In this document: positions 25,139 to 37,699 of the stretch, piece after piece | How positions within the stretch are numbered: the stretch's first letter is position 1 | How the letters are laid out: each line of letters begins with the position of its first letter | NCBI RefSeq assembly: GCF_006345805.1 | Contig: NC_043002.1 | Coordinates: forward strand, 16,926,001 to 16,990,000 | Length of the DNA stretch: 64,000 bases | Source: Octopus sinensis | Lineage: Eukaryota | Direction: 5' to 3' | Notes under the pieces: generated by a model | Databases searched by the model: none | Seen by the model: only the letters and a program-made list of their open reading frames with translations | Told to the model about the DNA's origin: nothing | Translations under genes and position numbers: made by a program

Positions 25139-25195
<57 letters not shown>

Positions 25196-25289
25196 CATCA
25201 TCATCATCATTGTTATCATATCATTATTATTATTATTATTATCATTATTATTATTATTATAAGTATTATTATTATTATAAGTATTATTA

Positions 25290-25326
<37 letters not shown>

Positions 25327-25340
25327 TTATTATTATTATC
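25070..25340. repeat. Compound (CAT)n/(TAT)n microsatellite
   Basis: Direct reading. Confidence 0.95.
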
Positions 25341-25389
25341 TTTCATCCTCCCCGCCATTTTCTATTTAAACATTTGTATACTGTACTTA

Positions 25390-26260
25390 TGTCCCTTCTT
25401 TTTCTGTGTATACCATGTATACTTGCTTTCTTTCCATGTTTTAAATCCTTTCTCACCCGACGGTATCGTTAGCTCGTCCATACATCTGATTTTGCCTTTG
25501 TTCAAGACCAACACACCACACTTTTTCATTCCGAATTTCAATCTGGTATCAACACTGAAAGCATATACCGTATGAATGAGGGAACTTATTTGTGATTTAT
25601 CTTTAACATAAAGTTTTAGGTCATCCATGAATAACAAATGGTTGATCTTTTGTTGGCGGCTTTTGAATATATACCCAGCCTATGTTTTCCTCCGAATCAG
25701 AGTTAGTGGTATCATGCACATTATGAAGATCAGTGGAGACATGCAGTCTCCTTGGAAGATGTCTCTCCTGTTTTCTATCGTCCCTAAACCAAATAGGTTC
25801 ATACATTCAATAACCCAAGAATGTGGGATCATATCGTACGCCTTACGATAATCGATTCATCCTTGCCATGGCTAAGTTAGTTTTCCTCCAGTTAATAATT
25901 TCCACATAAGTGGCAAGCGGTATATCAGCCTGTAATTGTCTACCGTATTGCCTTTTTCGATGATTTTCAAGTACAGCAATGTTCTGCCCGTTGCCAACCA
26001 CTCTGGTGTTACTTGGTTGTCATTTAACAAGGTGTAGCGTTGTGCAGCTATTCGTGCTCGACATTCACCAAATCTTTTGATCCAGTAGCCTTGAAATTCA
26101 TTTGGTCCTGGGGCCTTCCATTTGCCCATTTTCTGCTGATTTCTTTCACTTAGCTGACTGAAAGCACACGTTCTACTTGTTTTGGACAGACCACTGTTTG
26201 TCTCATTTCTTGCAACCATTCAGCATCCTTCTTGTGCTCTTTGTGTATTAGTAGTGGCCA
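25390..26260 (-). pseudogene. R4/Dong-clade non-LTR retrotransposon reverse transcriptase fragment
   Basis: WKAPGPNEFQGYWIKRF..PEWLATGRTLL..NYRLIYRLPLMWKLLTG, IDYRKAYDMIPHSWVIECM, IFQGDCMSPL, INHLLFMDDLKLY..FGMKKCGVLVLNKGK; contains stops and internal deletions. Confidence 0.9.
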
Positions 26261-26848
26261 GCCCACTTCACACCTTGTGGCGTCCACCACAACATAATGT
26301 CAGAGTGTTTACTCAACTAGGCCCTCATAGGTTTTTGAAAATAAGTGAGTATGGAGAGGAAGGTGCTTCTCAGTAGACAGTGCCTTTATGCAAAAGGTTG
26401 GTAAATGCTGTGAAAACATGAACATGTATATAATTACGCGAAATATGTGGCTTTAGGTTTTGGAAGAAACGTTGTTTGAGAGATTTTGTATTTGGTGATA
26501 AGGGCAACCCTGATTACATCTAGTTAATATATTGCTTCTATTGGGAGAAGTGTATTATCCATGCATTCGCAATTTTCTCTACTTTCTCATTTGGCTGCTT
26601 CCATTCTCATCACATGTGCCATTTCATTCATCAGTTCTAGTTTCATCTTTAACCTGACGTTTTAGTGACCACCTTGTCTAGCGTCTCAATGGTAAATGAA
26701 ATGAAACATCCGCATCGTCTTCGTCATTATTCGTATCATCGTCGTCGCCGTCGCTATCATCACTATTATTATCATCATCGTCATCATCGTCATCAGCAGT
26801 AGCAAAATATCATGAGCTTCATTACCACTTTTTAAATTTTTGCTCTTA

Positions 26849-26907
<59 letters not shown>

Positions 26908-27999
26908 TTATTATTACCATCATCATTATTTATTCCACCCATTTTGGTGATTTACATAGTTGAACACTTTTTCGATTACTTCAACAAATACCATATCATT
27001 ACTGCTATTGACAGTTCAGGCAGGATACTTTTCATTTCAGATTGCCTTGACAACATCCGGTTTCTTATTCTCTATATTTCAGACTAAAGTCATACTCTGA
27101 AAACCTTTCCTATATGCTTTTGCAATCTGTTATATTTTCTCTGGTAAAAGGTAGATAAAATGCCCTTCCCTTGAAATTATTGAGTGGGTCAGAACTAGCG
27201 ATACATTCTCGGTTAGCTGGTGTTAATGACTAGAAACAATTTTGTTTATTATTTTTACAACTTCTTGATATTTCATACGTTTTGAACCACACATTTCTGT
27301 GGGTGATTTCCTATAATATCTCGCAATATTTTCTCATCGTGTCCTGTAGTTATCAATCATTGCTGCAGCACAAGTTACCTACTATAAATTTTGAACTGTA
27401 TTGTAGGAGTGTTTCGTAATACATCCATAGAAGAGCATTTTAAAATCCTGTGTTTACTCCAGTTTCCAGCATTTATGTCTTATTATCTCCGCTAATACCT
27501 TCTTAGTCCTTCTCAAAGCTAACATTTGCCTCCTCGACTTTCAATTTCTATTTCTTGTTAATTAATATTGTGGTGTCATTAAGTAGTTATTACTTGCTGT
27601 TCCTGGCATATAACACTGATCCAGGTATATTATGTCAGCTGGTATTTTAGTTCTACGATGTTCTGTATTCCGTTCCATTTGTCATTTTTCAAATTAGATT
27701 TAGCTTCTTTTCAGTGAGATACTTTTCTGAAAGAATTAATATTTAGTGCCAAGATGTATGCAGCGCACATTTGCTTTGATATTCAATCAACTGAATAGGT
27801 CTCTAGAAGTTAATGTGGACCAACCTTATAAAATGCAATGTATTATCCCGGGATATCTTCCACACTTTCTACATTAACACTGGTGGTTTATGCCATTGTA
27901 GACATTCCTTTAATTATACCCACTAAGCTTTCGCTATTCCTGTATGATAAACTTTGCTATTCCTGCTTCCACATTCAGAGCCGGTTATTTAATTTTATT

Positions 28000-28229
28000 A
28001 AGGCGGCGAGCTGGCAGAAACGTTAGCACGCCGGGCGAAATGCGTAGCCGTATTTCGTCTGCCGTACGTTCCAAGTTCAAATTCCGCCAAGGTCGACTTT
28101 GCCTTTCATCCTTTCGGGGTCGATAAATTAAGCACCAGTTACGCACTGGGGTCGATGTAATCGACTTAATCCCTTTGTCTGTCCTTGTTTGTCCCCTCTG
28201 TGTTTAGCCCCTTGTGGGTAGTAAAGAAA
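28000..28229 (+). mobile_element. SINE family A, full length
   Basis: aaggcggcgagctggcagaaacgttagcacgccgggcg..gtgggtagtaaagaaa. Confidence 0.9.
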
Positions 28230-29424
28230 AATATTTAATTGGGGATGGTTGTAATATTTTCGTCTTCATTTGACATTCTATTTACCAAAATATTAGTGCT
28301 AGAAATGTATAACTTTTGATTTATTTCTTTTATTACTTTTTGCGTTATTATACACTGCTGGATCACTTATTTTCATTTTCATTGTGTTTATTGTTTATGA
28401 AAACAATCGACTCCCTTTTTATAAATTGTCAGTGTGTAAAATGTCAAAAGGCAATAACACCTTTGGTGAATGATGTGTGGAACTACAATCGACTATCTGA
28501 TACGTTTCGAACTGGCTAGAATTCGAAATCAGTAAGACAGTAAAGGAGATATATAACGGGTTCAACATTTCCAAGATTACAATGTAAAGTCCTGTGGCTG
28601 TCGATTGCAGAGAGATGTAGCGAATAACAGAAATTGAATCGTTTCGGTATAAAAAGAAGAATATGAACTTCATAACTGATGAGTTACATAGAACCGGAGG
28701 TGGTAAATGAAGGTCGTAGAGAGCTAAAACTGCATACAAATGGTGCCATCCGAATTTGACAAATGAAGACCAGACTCGACCTTTCGGAATCCTATATATT
28801 GGCAATTCGTGCAAAGAGACACTTAGTAGGGTCAGAGAAACGTTTCATTTTTGTAATTATCTCGATAAACTTTCAAATGTTAGATAACAATACGCTGACA
28901 AAACTAATTAAATTCATTCGAATACTCCAATGAAAGCGAATAAATGGAAGCTATGCATGTAATCAAATGGTTATTAATGACGAAAATTAGATAAACTTTT
29001 AATTTACAACATTGCCTCTATCAACTCTACAAATTAAATTAAATTAAATTAAAATCGGGATTCCATAAATATATCGATAAATCAATGACATTCACCAAAT
29101 TTCATTTTGTTTTTGAAAATTTTGAAAAGCGTAAAGCAGTAGCGAGCCCGTTTAAACGCATCACAGTATTTTATATGAAATATAATTTGTAATTGAGCAA
29201 ACATATTTTTCATTTGTGATTGGTAAAATATCAAACTCTAAGCGCATCAGTTCAATGGAGTAACTCTCTTGAATGTAAACGTAGCGCAGAAAGGCAATTT
29301 AACGAATATTAAATTAGCATTATATCAATTCTTGATTGCTGATCCGATACCGCTCTGGGGAATTTTACAATCACATTCGAGTAAAATGTTTTACAGGGAC
29401 AAGGGCTTGATTCTCAACTTCATT

Positions 29425-29648
29425 GTTCCAGGTTCAGTTGCACTGCGTGACACCTTGGGGAATTGCCATCGGAGTTGATGTGTTTACGTCCCCGTAACTT
29501 AGCGGTTTGGTAAAAGAGAGGGATGGAATAAGTGCAAGATTTTGAAAATTTAATCCTGGAGTTGATGTGCTCAACTAAATACCTTCAAGATATTTGACCC
29601 CAGCGAGGTCGCGGTCAAATGACTGAAAGAAATAAAAGAGAAAAGAGG
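29425..29648 (+). mobile_element. SINE family B with internal deletion
   Basis: ccaggttcagttgcactgcgtgacaccttggg joined to gtgtttacgtccccgtaacttagcgg..gcggtcaaatgactgaaag. Confidence 0.7.
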
Positions 29649-29755
29649 AAAGAAAGAATTAGTATTGTGGCTAAGGGAGGCCACTTTTCTTTATGAAAAC
29701 AATTTCTCTTCCTAATATACATTGGCTTCTTATCAGCAACATGATTATGTATTCT

Positions 29756-29941
29756 AGTTCTATATTTCAGAGATGAGGAACTATGTATATTATTTAAATT
29801 ATTTACAATTGACGGATATTTGTCTTCATCTTTATTGCTGGTAATGCAACATTTCGACTGATATACCCTCCTCTTTTCATCAGGTGTCTTGGGGAAATTT
29901 CGAAACTGGGTTCTCATTCCTAAGGTATTTTTAAATGTTGC

Positions 29942-30016
<75 letters not shown>

Positions 30017-30097
30017 TTATTATTATTATTATTATTCAGGTCACTGCCTGGAATCGAACTCGGAATCTTGGAGTTAGTAGCCCTCGCTCTTAACCAG
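29756..30097 (-). mobile_element. Composite element: tRNA-like head + (AAT)n + hammerhead-containing tail
   Basis: Minus head ctggttaagagcgagggctactaactccaagattccgagttcgattccagg (partial A-box, GTTCGATTCC B-box), about 95 bp (AAT)n, then aaaaataccttaggaatgagaacccag..aagacacctgatgaa..gaaatgttg..gacaaatatccgtcaa. Confidence 0.75.
29843..29888 (-). ncRNA. Decayed hammerhead, homolog of 16937-16982
   Basis: GACAC-CUGAUGA-AAAGAGGAGGGUAUAUCAGUC-GAAA-UGUU-GCAUU: core intact, stems II, III and I eroded. Confidence 0.6.
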
Positions 30098-30123
30098 TAC
30101 GCTGGTTAAGAGCGCTGGTTAAG

Positions 30124-30188
30124 AAACGTTGTGTTAACAACAAAGTAGATGAGGACAAATATCCGTCAATTGTAAATAATGTAAATAA
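30124..30188 (+). mobile_element. Inverted copy of the same tail, starting at the hammerhead GAAAC
   Basis: gaaacgttgtgttaacaacaaagtagatgaggacaaatatccgtcaattgtaaataatgtaaataa aligns to the reverse complement of 29790-29855 and 16875-16949. Confidence 0.85.
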
Positions 30189-31396
30189 AGATGATAACGT
30201 ATGTTATCATTTTTTGTGAGAAACATGAGTATGTAATAATCAGAATTCAAACCGGATTAGAATAAATAGTGTCAGTGTTGGGATAGTTTAGTGAACTAAA
30301 AATGCAACAAGTAGTTACTTTCGACCGATTATATTCTACGTTCTGGATATTTCCTGAGATTGCCTGTAAAATAGTTAAGGGCTTTAAGAATATATTATGT
30401 GAGATATGTTGGCTCACAACATTTTACAATCCAACTTCAGAATAAATATTTGATTATTGATCAAAAAATTCAACAAAATAACTTTCTCCGAAATGCAGAT
30501 CAAAAATGCAGCTCTAAGTATCATCAGTTAAATGTTTGTGAAACATACTAAATTGTTTTATAATTCTCACAGTCGGATATAAATATCAAGTTCAAAGAGG
30601 ATTTCAAATATTTTCCAAAACAAACATTTCAAGACCTTCCAATAAATGTAGTGCAGACATCTTGCTAATTTTCAAACATCATCCTTGATTTAAATCTCAC
30701 TGGAAGCAAAGCTCGAGAATTGACAAATGTTGGGGCGTTATTATTCTTCCGAAATGGCGGTATGATCTCCATCTGAAAATAGGTTATATCACGACTGTAT
30801 GTATAGGAAGTTAATATCAGAAATGTAGACAGAGACGTACATGGTTCTAAATTTTTATGTGATGTATATGACAAAGCAACGGATATTATACAGATAATGC
30901 AACTTATAGCAGTATGTATGAACATACATATACGTTGAACATTTTCTGCGAATGAACGTAAGGAACGTGTAGGATGATCATATCTGATTTCATTGTTTAG
31001 TTAGATATCGCAGGATCCAAGCTTTGTTAAAATGCTTTTAAACAACTGCACAATGGAGCTCATCGTTTCTTAGAAGCGACAGTTAAACGTACTTAACGGC
31101 GCTGGTAATGCTGCATGTGTACATTGTTATATCGCATCTTTCATCATGCTGGATGACTTGACTTCGAATGTGATATATGTATATATATATCACATGCGTG
31201 TGTGTGTGTATGTATATGTATATATGTATATATATATATATATACACTTAAATATATATATATATAATCAATAATAAGAAAGGGTAAAATTAATTATTTA
31301 ATTAGTAATTAATAATTCAACCAAGTAGCGTTCAGCATGTAGGAATACCATTTAGGGTAAACTTAAACATTACTTTATATAATTATGAATATAATA

Positions 31397-31441
31397 ATAA
31401 TTAGGGTTCAGCAAAAAATTTTTGGGCTGAACCCTAATTAT
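31397..31441. repeat. 16-bp perfect hairpin abutting (TA)n
   Basis: ataattagggttcagc (31397-31412) / gctgaaccctaattat (31426-31441). Confidence 0.9.
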
Positions 31442-31442
31442 G

Positions 31443-31475
<33 letters not shown>

Positions 31476-31478
<3 letters not shown>

Positions 31479-31678
31479 CGTTAGCACGCCGGGCGAAATG
31501 CTTAGCGGTATTTCGTCTGCCGTTACGTTCTGAGTTCAAATTCCGCCGAGGTCGACTTTGCCTTTCATCCTTTCGGGGTCGATAAATTAAGTACCAGTTA
31601 CGCACCGGGGTCAATGTAATCTACTTAATCCGTTTCTCTGTCTTTGTTTGTCCTCTCTGTGTTTAGCCCCTGGTGGGT
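31476..31678 (+). mobile_element. SINE family A, 5' end truncated at (TA)n
   Basis: aatcgttagcacgccgggcgaaatgcttagcgg..gtttagcccctggtggg. Confidence 0.9.
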
Positions 31679-32609
31679 ATATATATATATATTCTAGTTT
31701 AATTTTCTTTAAATAACAAGGATGTTTAAGACGAAATAGATGAGCGTAGCGCAGAAGTGCAGAACCAGCGCCAGATTGACAGGCGTTGATCCATGTAAAT
31801 AAAGCTTGTGGCCTATAGTTTTTGTCTTCCATTTATCTGACCTAGCTGACTGGATCACAAACGATTATCAGGAATCAATAAACTACTCCCTGTGCTTCCG
31901 TTTTTGTAACAGACTGCAATGATCGACACTGCTTTAATATTGCCACTGACGAATCTTAAACAAGGAAACCAAAATTTGTGGCGATCTTACAACAGATGTT
32001 AAAAACAAAACATGCATTCTAAGTGTAGCCCCTCCTTTTTAATATTTCCTTTATAGTTAAGTCTCAAAATATTCAATTAAATTTTTTAAATTAGCATAGG
32101 AAGGCAAACTAATTCCTGTAAGTGTGATCGATATTTTATTTTATTTCTTCGCTAACCTCATAGTCTTGTTTACATAACAATAACAGAACTATGTTTTCAA
32201 GAACGTGATTTGCATTCACTAAACATCATTAAACTTGAGACTTGGTCTAGCCAAAGGAAGATTCAGAGAAAAAATAACAGGAGGAAAAATGGAAAGGAGA
32301 CAGATAATAAAACTTTTTATCAAAACGAGCTCATAGTAAATCAATGAAAAAATTAATAGGAAGCCATTCCCATATATATCCATTCATGCACTAAGCGATG
32401 CGTATACACATTTACAGACATACAACAGATCCACTTTCATTCATATGAATATATATATTACGGAGATGTACTCGCATAGCAAGTGATTTGATCTGAGATC
32501 GTGTGCTGAAACGAAAACAATTGCAGTGTGGAAGGTGTCTGTAAGCCATTTAAGAAACACACAACAGCCGTTCGATTCACTTCAACATTTAAGTTTAATT
32601 TGTCAAAAT

Positions 32610-32653
<44 letters not shown>

Positions 32654-33604
32654 ATATATATATATAGGTGAATGGCCTATTATGGCCGTTCCTTAATTGT
32701 TAATGTTGAACTTAAAATGGTCTATGACTATTTAATTTTTTCCCGCTGGGCCGCTGGTGGCAATAAAATTCTACAAAATTTTCCTTGCCACCCTATATTG
32801 ATTAATTATATATATATATATATATACACATATATATATATGCAAGTATATATATATATATATATACATACATACATACGTACATACATACATATATACA
32901 TACATATATGTATACATGCTTATAAATGTATTGTGGGGTGTATATGTATCTAAGACACAGATGCACCCCCATTCCCTGAAAGGTGTGTGTGCTCGAGCAT
33001 ATTTATGTGACGTGCATATGACGTGTATTTGCATGTAGGTGTTTGTCTTTATATGATGGAAGCCTGTAGTATTCTATGTATGTAACACGTGCGTACGTAG
33101 CTGTGAAGTCAATTTTGTAAATGTCAACCATGAAGCATGATTAGAAAAAATATTCTATGATATTTATGACGTATATTCGACTCCTACTTCAAGATCTCTA
33201 ATTGACCTTTCAGTCCACTTACTAAATACCGATATTTTTTGTGGCTTCTTTATCAAAGACGCTCACTGCTCACTTATCTCTGAATGACTGAAGAAATTTT
33301 AGAATTATCCGAATGTATAGGTGATGCTGGAAAGGAAGAGACAAGATATTTAGCAATCAAAATGCCGGAGACGGAGATTACATAAACCTCAAGGTGAACA
33401 GTGTAGTCACTTATTTGCTGATAGTTTTCTCTCTCACTCTCTCTCTCTCTCTCTCTCTTTCTGTCACTCTCTTTTTTCTTCGCACTCTGCCCTTTTTTCT
33501 CTCTCTTCTCTCTCTCATTCTACATTCTCTGCCCTCTCTCTCTCGTCGCTCTTCTCTCTCTTTCCTCTCTCCTCTCTCTTTATCTCTCTCATCAATAAGT
33601 AAGT

Positions 33605-34465
33605 ATCCGGACTGTTGCCATAGTAACGACGCTATAGCACGCAGAGTGAAGCTGCTGGGCACAGATTCACCTTAAACTGTGCTGTCACTGCGCTCTAACT
33701 TTTGATGCTCTAGCTCACTTCCGCTGTTTGGAGCAGTGCTTGGAAGGAAGGTGTGTAGCGTGCGGTCGTCGCATTGACCTATTTCTTTACAAAATTATAC
33801 CTATTTCTTTACAACCATGACAGAGAAAGTTTTGCTGAGAATCTGCATCAGCTTATTCTAAAAGCGTCGTTAACTTCCTCAAAGACATACGCAAAGTTTA
33901 CAAAACTCTTCATCGTTCTCAACACAGTCAAGAAGACTTTATGCAACTGAAAGCTATGTGTGATTTTGGTCAGCTGAAAGCAGTTTTGGCACAAACTTGG
34001 CACACATGCGACTCATACGCAAATCTTCGGTGATAGTGGACTGAACAGAACAGTAACTAATTTGCACATCCTCTCATAACTCAATGATTTTGATTTGACG
34101 TTTTCCCCTCAATGATGCACGAATGTCTACAACGTTTTTCTTAGTTCTGTTGGTTGCGGGTGTGCTAGAACGTTAGTCAATATGACATTTTTTCGGCCAC
34201 TCGTACACCTGTGTGCGACTCATACACTCCTCCCCATAACTTAGAACTCTGTGTAGGCATTTGAGCAGGTATCACGATAGCTTTCTCTGTCATGATCAAT
34301 GCGACGATCACACGCTACACACCTTCCTTCCAAGCGCTGCTGTAGACAGTTGAAGTAAACTAGGACGTTCAAACGTCGTGGGTATGCACAGCAGCCGTTA
34401 AGGTGAATTCTTGCTAAGCTTCATTTTGCATGGTTTAGCAACATTACTATGGCAATAGTTCGGAT
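33605..34465. mobile_element. Mariner derivative built from two inverted left ends
   Basis: 33605-33829 (+) and 34465-34281 (-) align (atccg.act.ttgccatagtaa..tgaagct..attcaccttaa..cttggaaggaaggtgtgtagcgtg..cgtcgcattga..catgacagagaaag); both run into ATG ACA GAG AAA. Confidence 0.8.
33870..34293 (-). pseudogene. Mariner transposase N-terminal (HTH) remnant
   Basis: EECMSRTQVYEW and EDVQISYCSVQSTITEDLRMSRMCAKFVPKLLSADQ..VENDEEF; FVPKLL corresponds to the mariner WVPHEL motif. Frameshifts and stops present. Confidence 0.85.
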
Positions 34466-34573
34466 TCTCATTGATGAGACCTCGTGTCTATCTCACTCTG
34501 TCCCACTGCCTGTCAATCTATAAATCTATCTAACTAGCTATCCATATACAACACTAACATGCGTGTGTATATA

Positions 34574-34632
<59 letters not shown>

Positions 34633-34704
34633 CGTGTGTGCATATGTATATGTATATATATATATATATATGTATGTACATGTATGTATGTACATGTATG
34701 TACG

Positions 34705-34754
<50 letters not shown>

Positions 34755-34773
34755 GAGATATATATGAACATAC

Positions 34774-34804
<31 letters not shown>

Positions 34805-36358
34805 ATACACACTTATAATATGTTGAGTGTGTAAGAGAGGGAGAGGGGAAGTGAGTGAGAGACAAAAAAGATTATATTGCACAGGAGAATTAGAAGTACA
34901 GAGCATGCAAATGCACATCACCTTATAGTTTTCGATTATGCCACCAACTCTTCATTAAATAAGATTTAAATATCTTTTTAGAACCTGCAGAAAGGTGACT
35001 CAGTAAGGCATAATGCATTTATACTATTTTAGCTGAACGCCCGATGCTGTTATGCAAGAATATAGAATGTGACGGCAAAATCTCATTGTTTGCTTAACTG
35101 GAAAAAAAACGAAAGAAATAAATAAAAAACAATGTCACATCCGAAATTGAAACTATTTTTAATGATTAAAAAGTGTCACTATTATCACTAGCATTTAACA
35201 GTTCAGTGAAAAAAGTCGACTTCACTTTTCACCACTGTATGAAGACGATTCCGGAACCTGGCACATGCGTTCCTTACTCTGTCTCTGGATAGATCTTCGA
35301 AGAGCTTCTTGACGTTCGCAGTAGCTCGGCTTTGGCGTCGCTTGCAGCAGTCATTGCCAGCGGATCGCTCCTTCACAAACTCGTCCCCCAGTTAATGATC
35401 CATGAAGAATTAGGTGGACTGAAATGAGGCTAGTCAAGTCGTAGTGATACTCCGGCAATCACTTCTGGAACTTTCCGTGAATATGACAAGGAAGCAAATC
35501 CTGCTGCCTCACATATAGCCTCTCTGCAGCAAGTATCTCCAGCCAAGGTTGATCTCAGTCTCCAGTTGCCTCTCATGGCCCTCTAATTTGAGATGAAAGC
35601 ACAGCTTAAAAATTAGGGGATGAATCCCGGTATGCAAGCGTAGTCAGAACGCTTCCTTTTGACAACGGCCTTGCGGGCTCAATTGCAACTACCCATTTCA
35701 CATTTTACAATCTTCGCAGTATTCACAGTATGGAGCATCAGTCATGGTGTTGATATTTTGATACCCCACTCGCGTCCTGATGATAGATATTATTCTTTAC
35801 CAATATTCAGCAGGCTTCCATCCTCCATATCATCTAACTTTTCCCCTACTACATCTTTAATCTCTATACATTTCCCCACTGTCTACTGTTACCAATACAT
35901 GAAGATATCCCTGAAGAACGAAGACAAAATATCGTCAAATGTAGACCGATGACCCGGTAAAGATTCTTGCAAATACTCTTTAGATAGTCGATGTTTCGTA
36001 TGAAATATTAGGTTCTTAAGTGGTTGGTCTCGCATACTTTGTAACGAAAATAACCGTGCCTCACAGATTTGGAAGACCTCCAATTTGAGCGCAGGCTAAA
36101 CTTGAATATTCCTAACATTTACCGGCAACGGAATCATGGAGCTCTAAACTGACCTTCGTTGGCTATCTAATCATACTGCAAAACTCAGAACATACAGCGT
36201 AAGATATTTTCTCCGAAGTTCTAGTTATACACAAACACACTCACACGCAGACATATTTATATGTGTGTGTTTGTGCGTGTGTGTGTGTGTGTTAGTGTGA
36301 GTGTGTATGTGTGTGTGTATCTGTATGTGTGTGTCTATATATATATGTATGTATACAG

Positions 36359-36410
<52 letters not shown>

Positions 36411-36864
36411 ATATGAGGAAAAATATAAAATACATAAATCACTTATAAAGACGTGGTGAGTGCACAATCAATATTATGACAATGAAACTCGCAAGAATGG
36501 ACAGACTTAATGAATAAAGACTTTTTGAATTTGTCTTTTTGATTGGATAGTGGAGAAAGAAAGAGAGAAGCAAAAAGAAAAAAAATACTCAGCCATTAGG
36601 AAAGGAAAAAATGCAAGAATATTTCTAAAAGAGCAATTTTGTTACGATAAGTTCTATGGCTTTTTCAGGTCGGTACTGATTCTCCGGAAGTAAAGCGGTG
36701 CATTTTTTTTTTTTTTTGTAAATTTGAGAAAATATACAAAATTGTGTGTGAGTGGCATGGATTTGGAATTTATGCTCGTAGTGTAGTGTGTGAGCGTTGA
36801 CTATACCTGTTTTTCAGTAGCAGTTAAAGTATTTATCATGATCACTACGGATCAACTTAAAAGG

Positions 36865-37157
36865 ATAAAAGGCAAAGTTGACCTCGGCGGAATTTGAACT
36901 CAGAAAGTAAAGACAGACGAAATACCTATTTCTTTACTACCCATAAGGGGCTAAACACAGAGAGGACAAACAAGACAGACAAACGGAATAATTCGATTAC
37001 ATCGACTCCAGTGCGTAACTGGTACTTAATTTATCGGCCCTGAAAGGATGAAAGTCAAAGTCGACCTCGGCGGAAGTTGAACTCAGAAAGTAAAGTCAGA
37101 CGAAACACCGCTAAGCATTCTGCCGGCGCGCTAACGTTTCTTCCAACTCGCCGCCTT
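36865..37157 (-). mobile_element. SINE family A, full copy plus a tandem partial head
   Basis: gacctcggcggaa.ttgaactcagaaagtaaag.cagacgaaa.acc occurs twice (about 36875-36927 and 37062-37108) on either side of the tail. Confidence 0.85.
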
Positions 37158-37699
37158 TTTTCAGTAGTAGTTGTCTCTTCATTAACGTTACTCAGATAAC
37201 TACTGAACTAATCGTTGGTGAGTGTCTTTGATCACTGTGTCTGCGTACGTGTTACTGGTTGTGCATGAACAGTTTTATATATGTAAGAAATGTGAATGAT
37301 TAATTATAGTGTGCTTAACAGCCTCTATTTTGTATCTACATTAATGTGTACGTGTCTTCGCGAACGTCTGGTATGTGTGTATGTGTGTGCGCATGTGTGT
37401 GTGTATTCATGAGGAGGAAAATGCATCTATCAAATTATAATATAAACGTGTCCTCGCGCATTTGATATTTAATAAGAATATTACAATGATTTATATGCAT
37501 AATCTTTAATTTTGTCTTCGGGAAAAAAACTGTCTATGGAGAGGGTGTTAGTTGAGATTGGTAGAGAATTTGCGCGAGCCAATTGTAAATTTAGTCGATG
37601 AATGGTGTTAGGTATGCCAAGCACTGAAAGATGCATTTTGCGGGTAGAAATGTGTTGTATTGAGCGAGGAGAAAGGTGTCGTTGTATTGAGCGGGAGAG

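Noticed and set aside
26900-27650. Possible further LINE remnant upstream of the R4/Dong RT fragment
   Set aside because: I could not recover any diagnostic peptide motif by eye.
28536-28636. DSKGDI*RVQHFQDYNVKSCGCR resembling a TGF-beta family C-terminus
   Set aside because: In-frame stops at 28533 and 28554, no usable acceptor, no upstream CCVP or C-x-G-x-C motifs, and no stop after CGCR. A CGCR tetrapeptide is plausible by chance in six frames of 64 kb. Only a profile search could revive it.
28419-28814. 131-aa minus-strand ORF
   Set aside because: No recognisable motif or splice context; the length is within chance for this window.
30037-30097. Possible tRNA gene
   Set aside because: It lacks the acceptor stem and the 5' part of the D arm and runs into (AAT)n, so it is a SINE head. 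The same applies to all the other tRNA-like heads.
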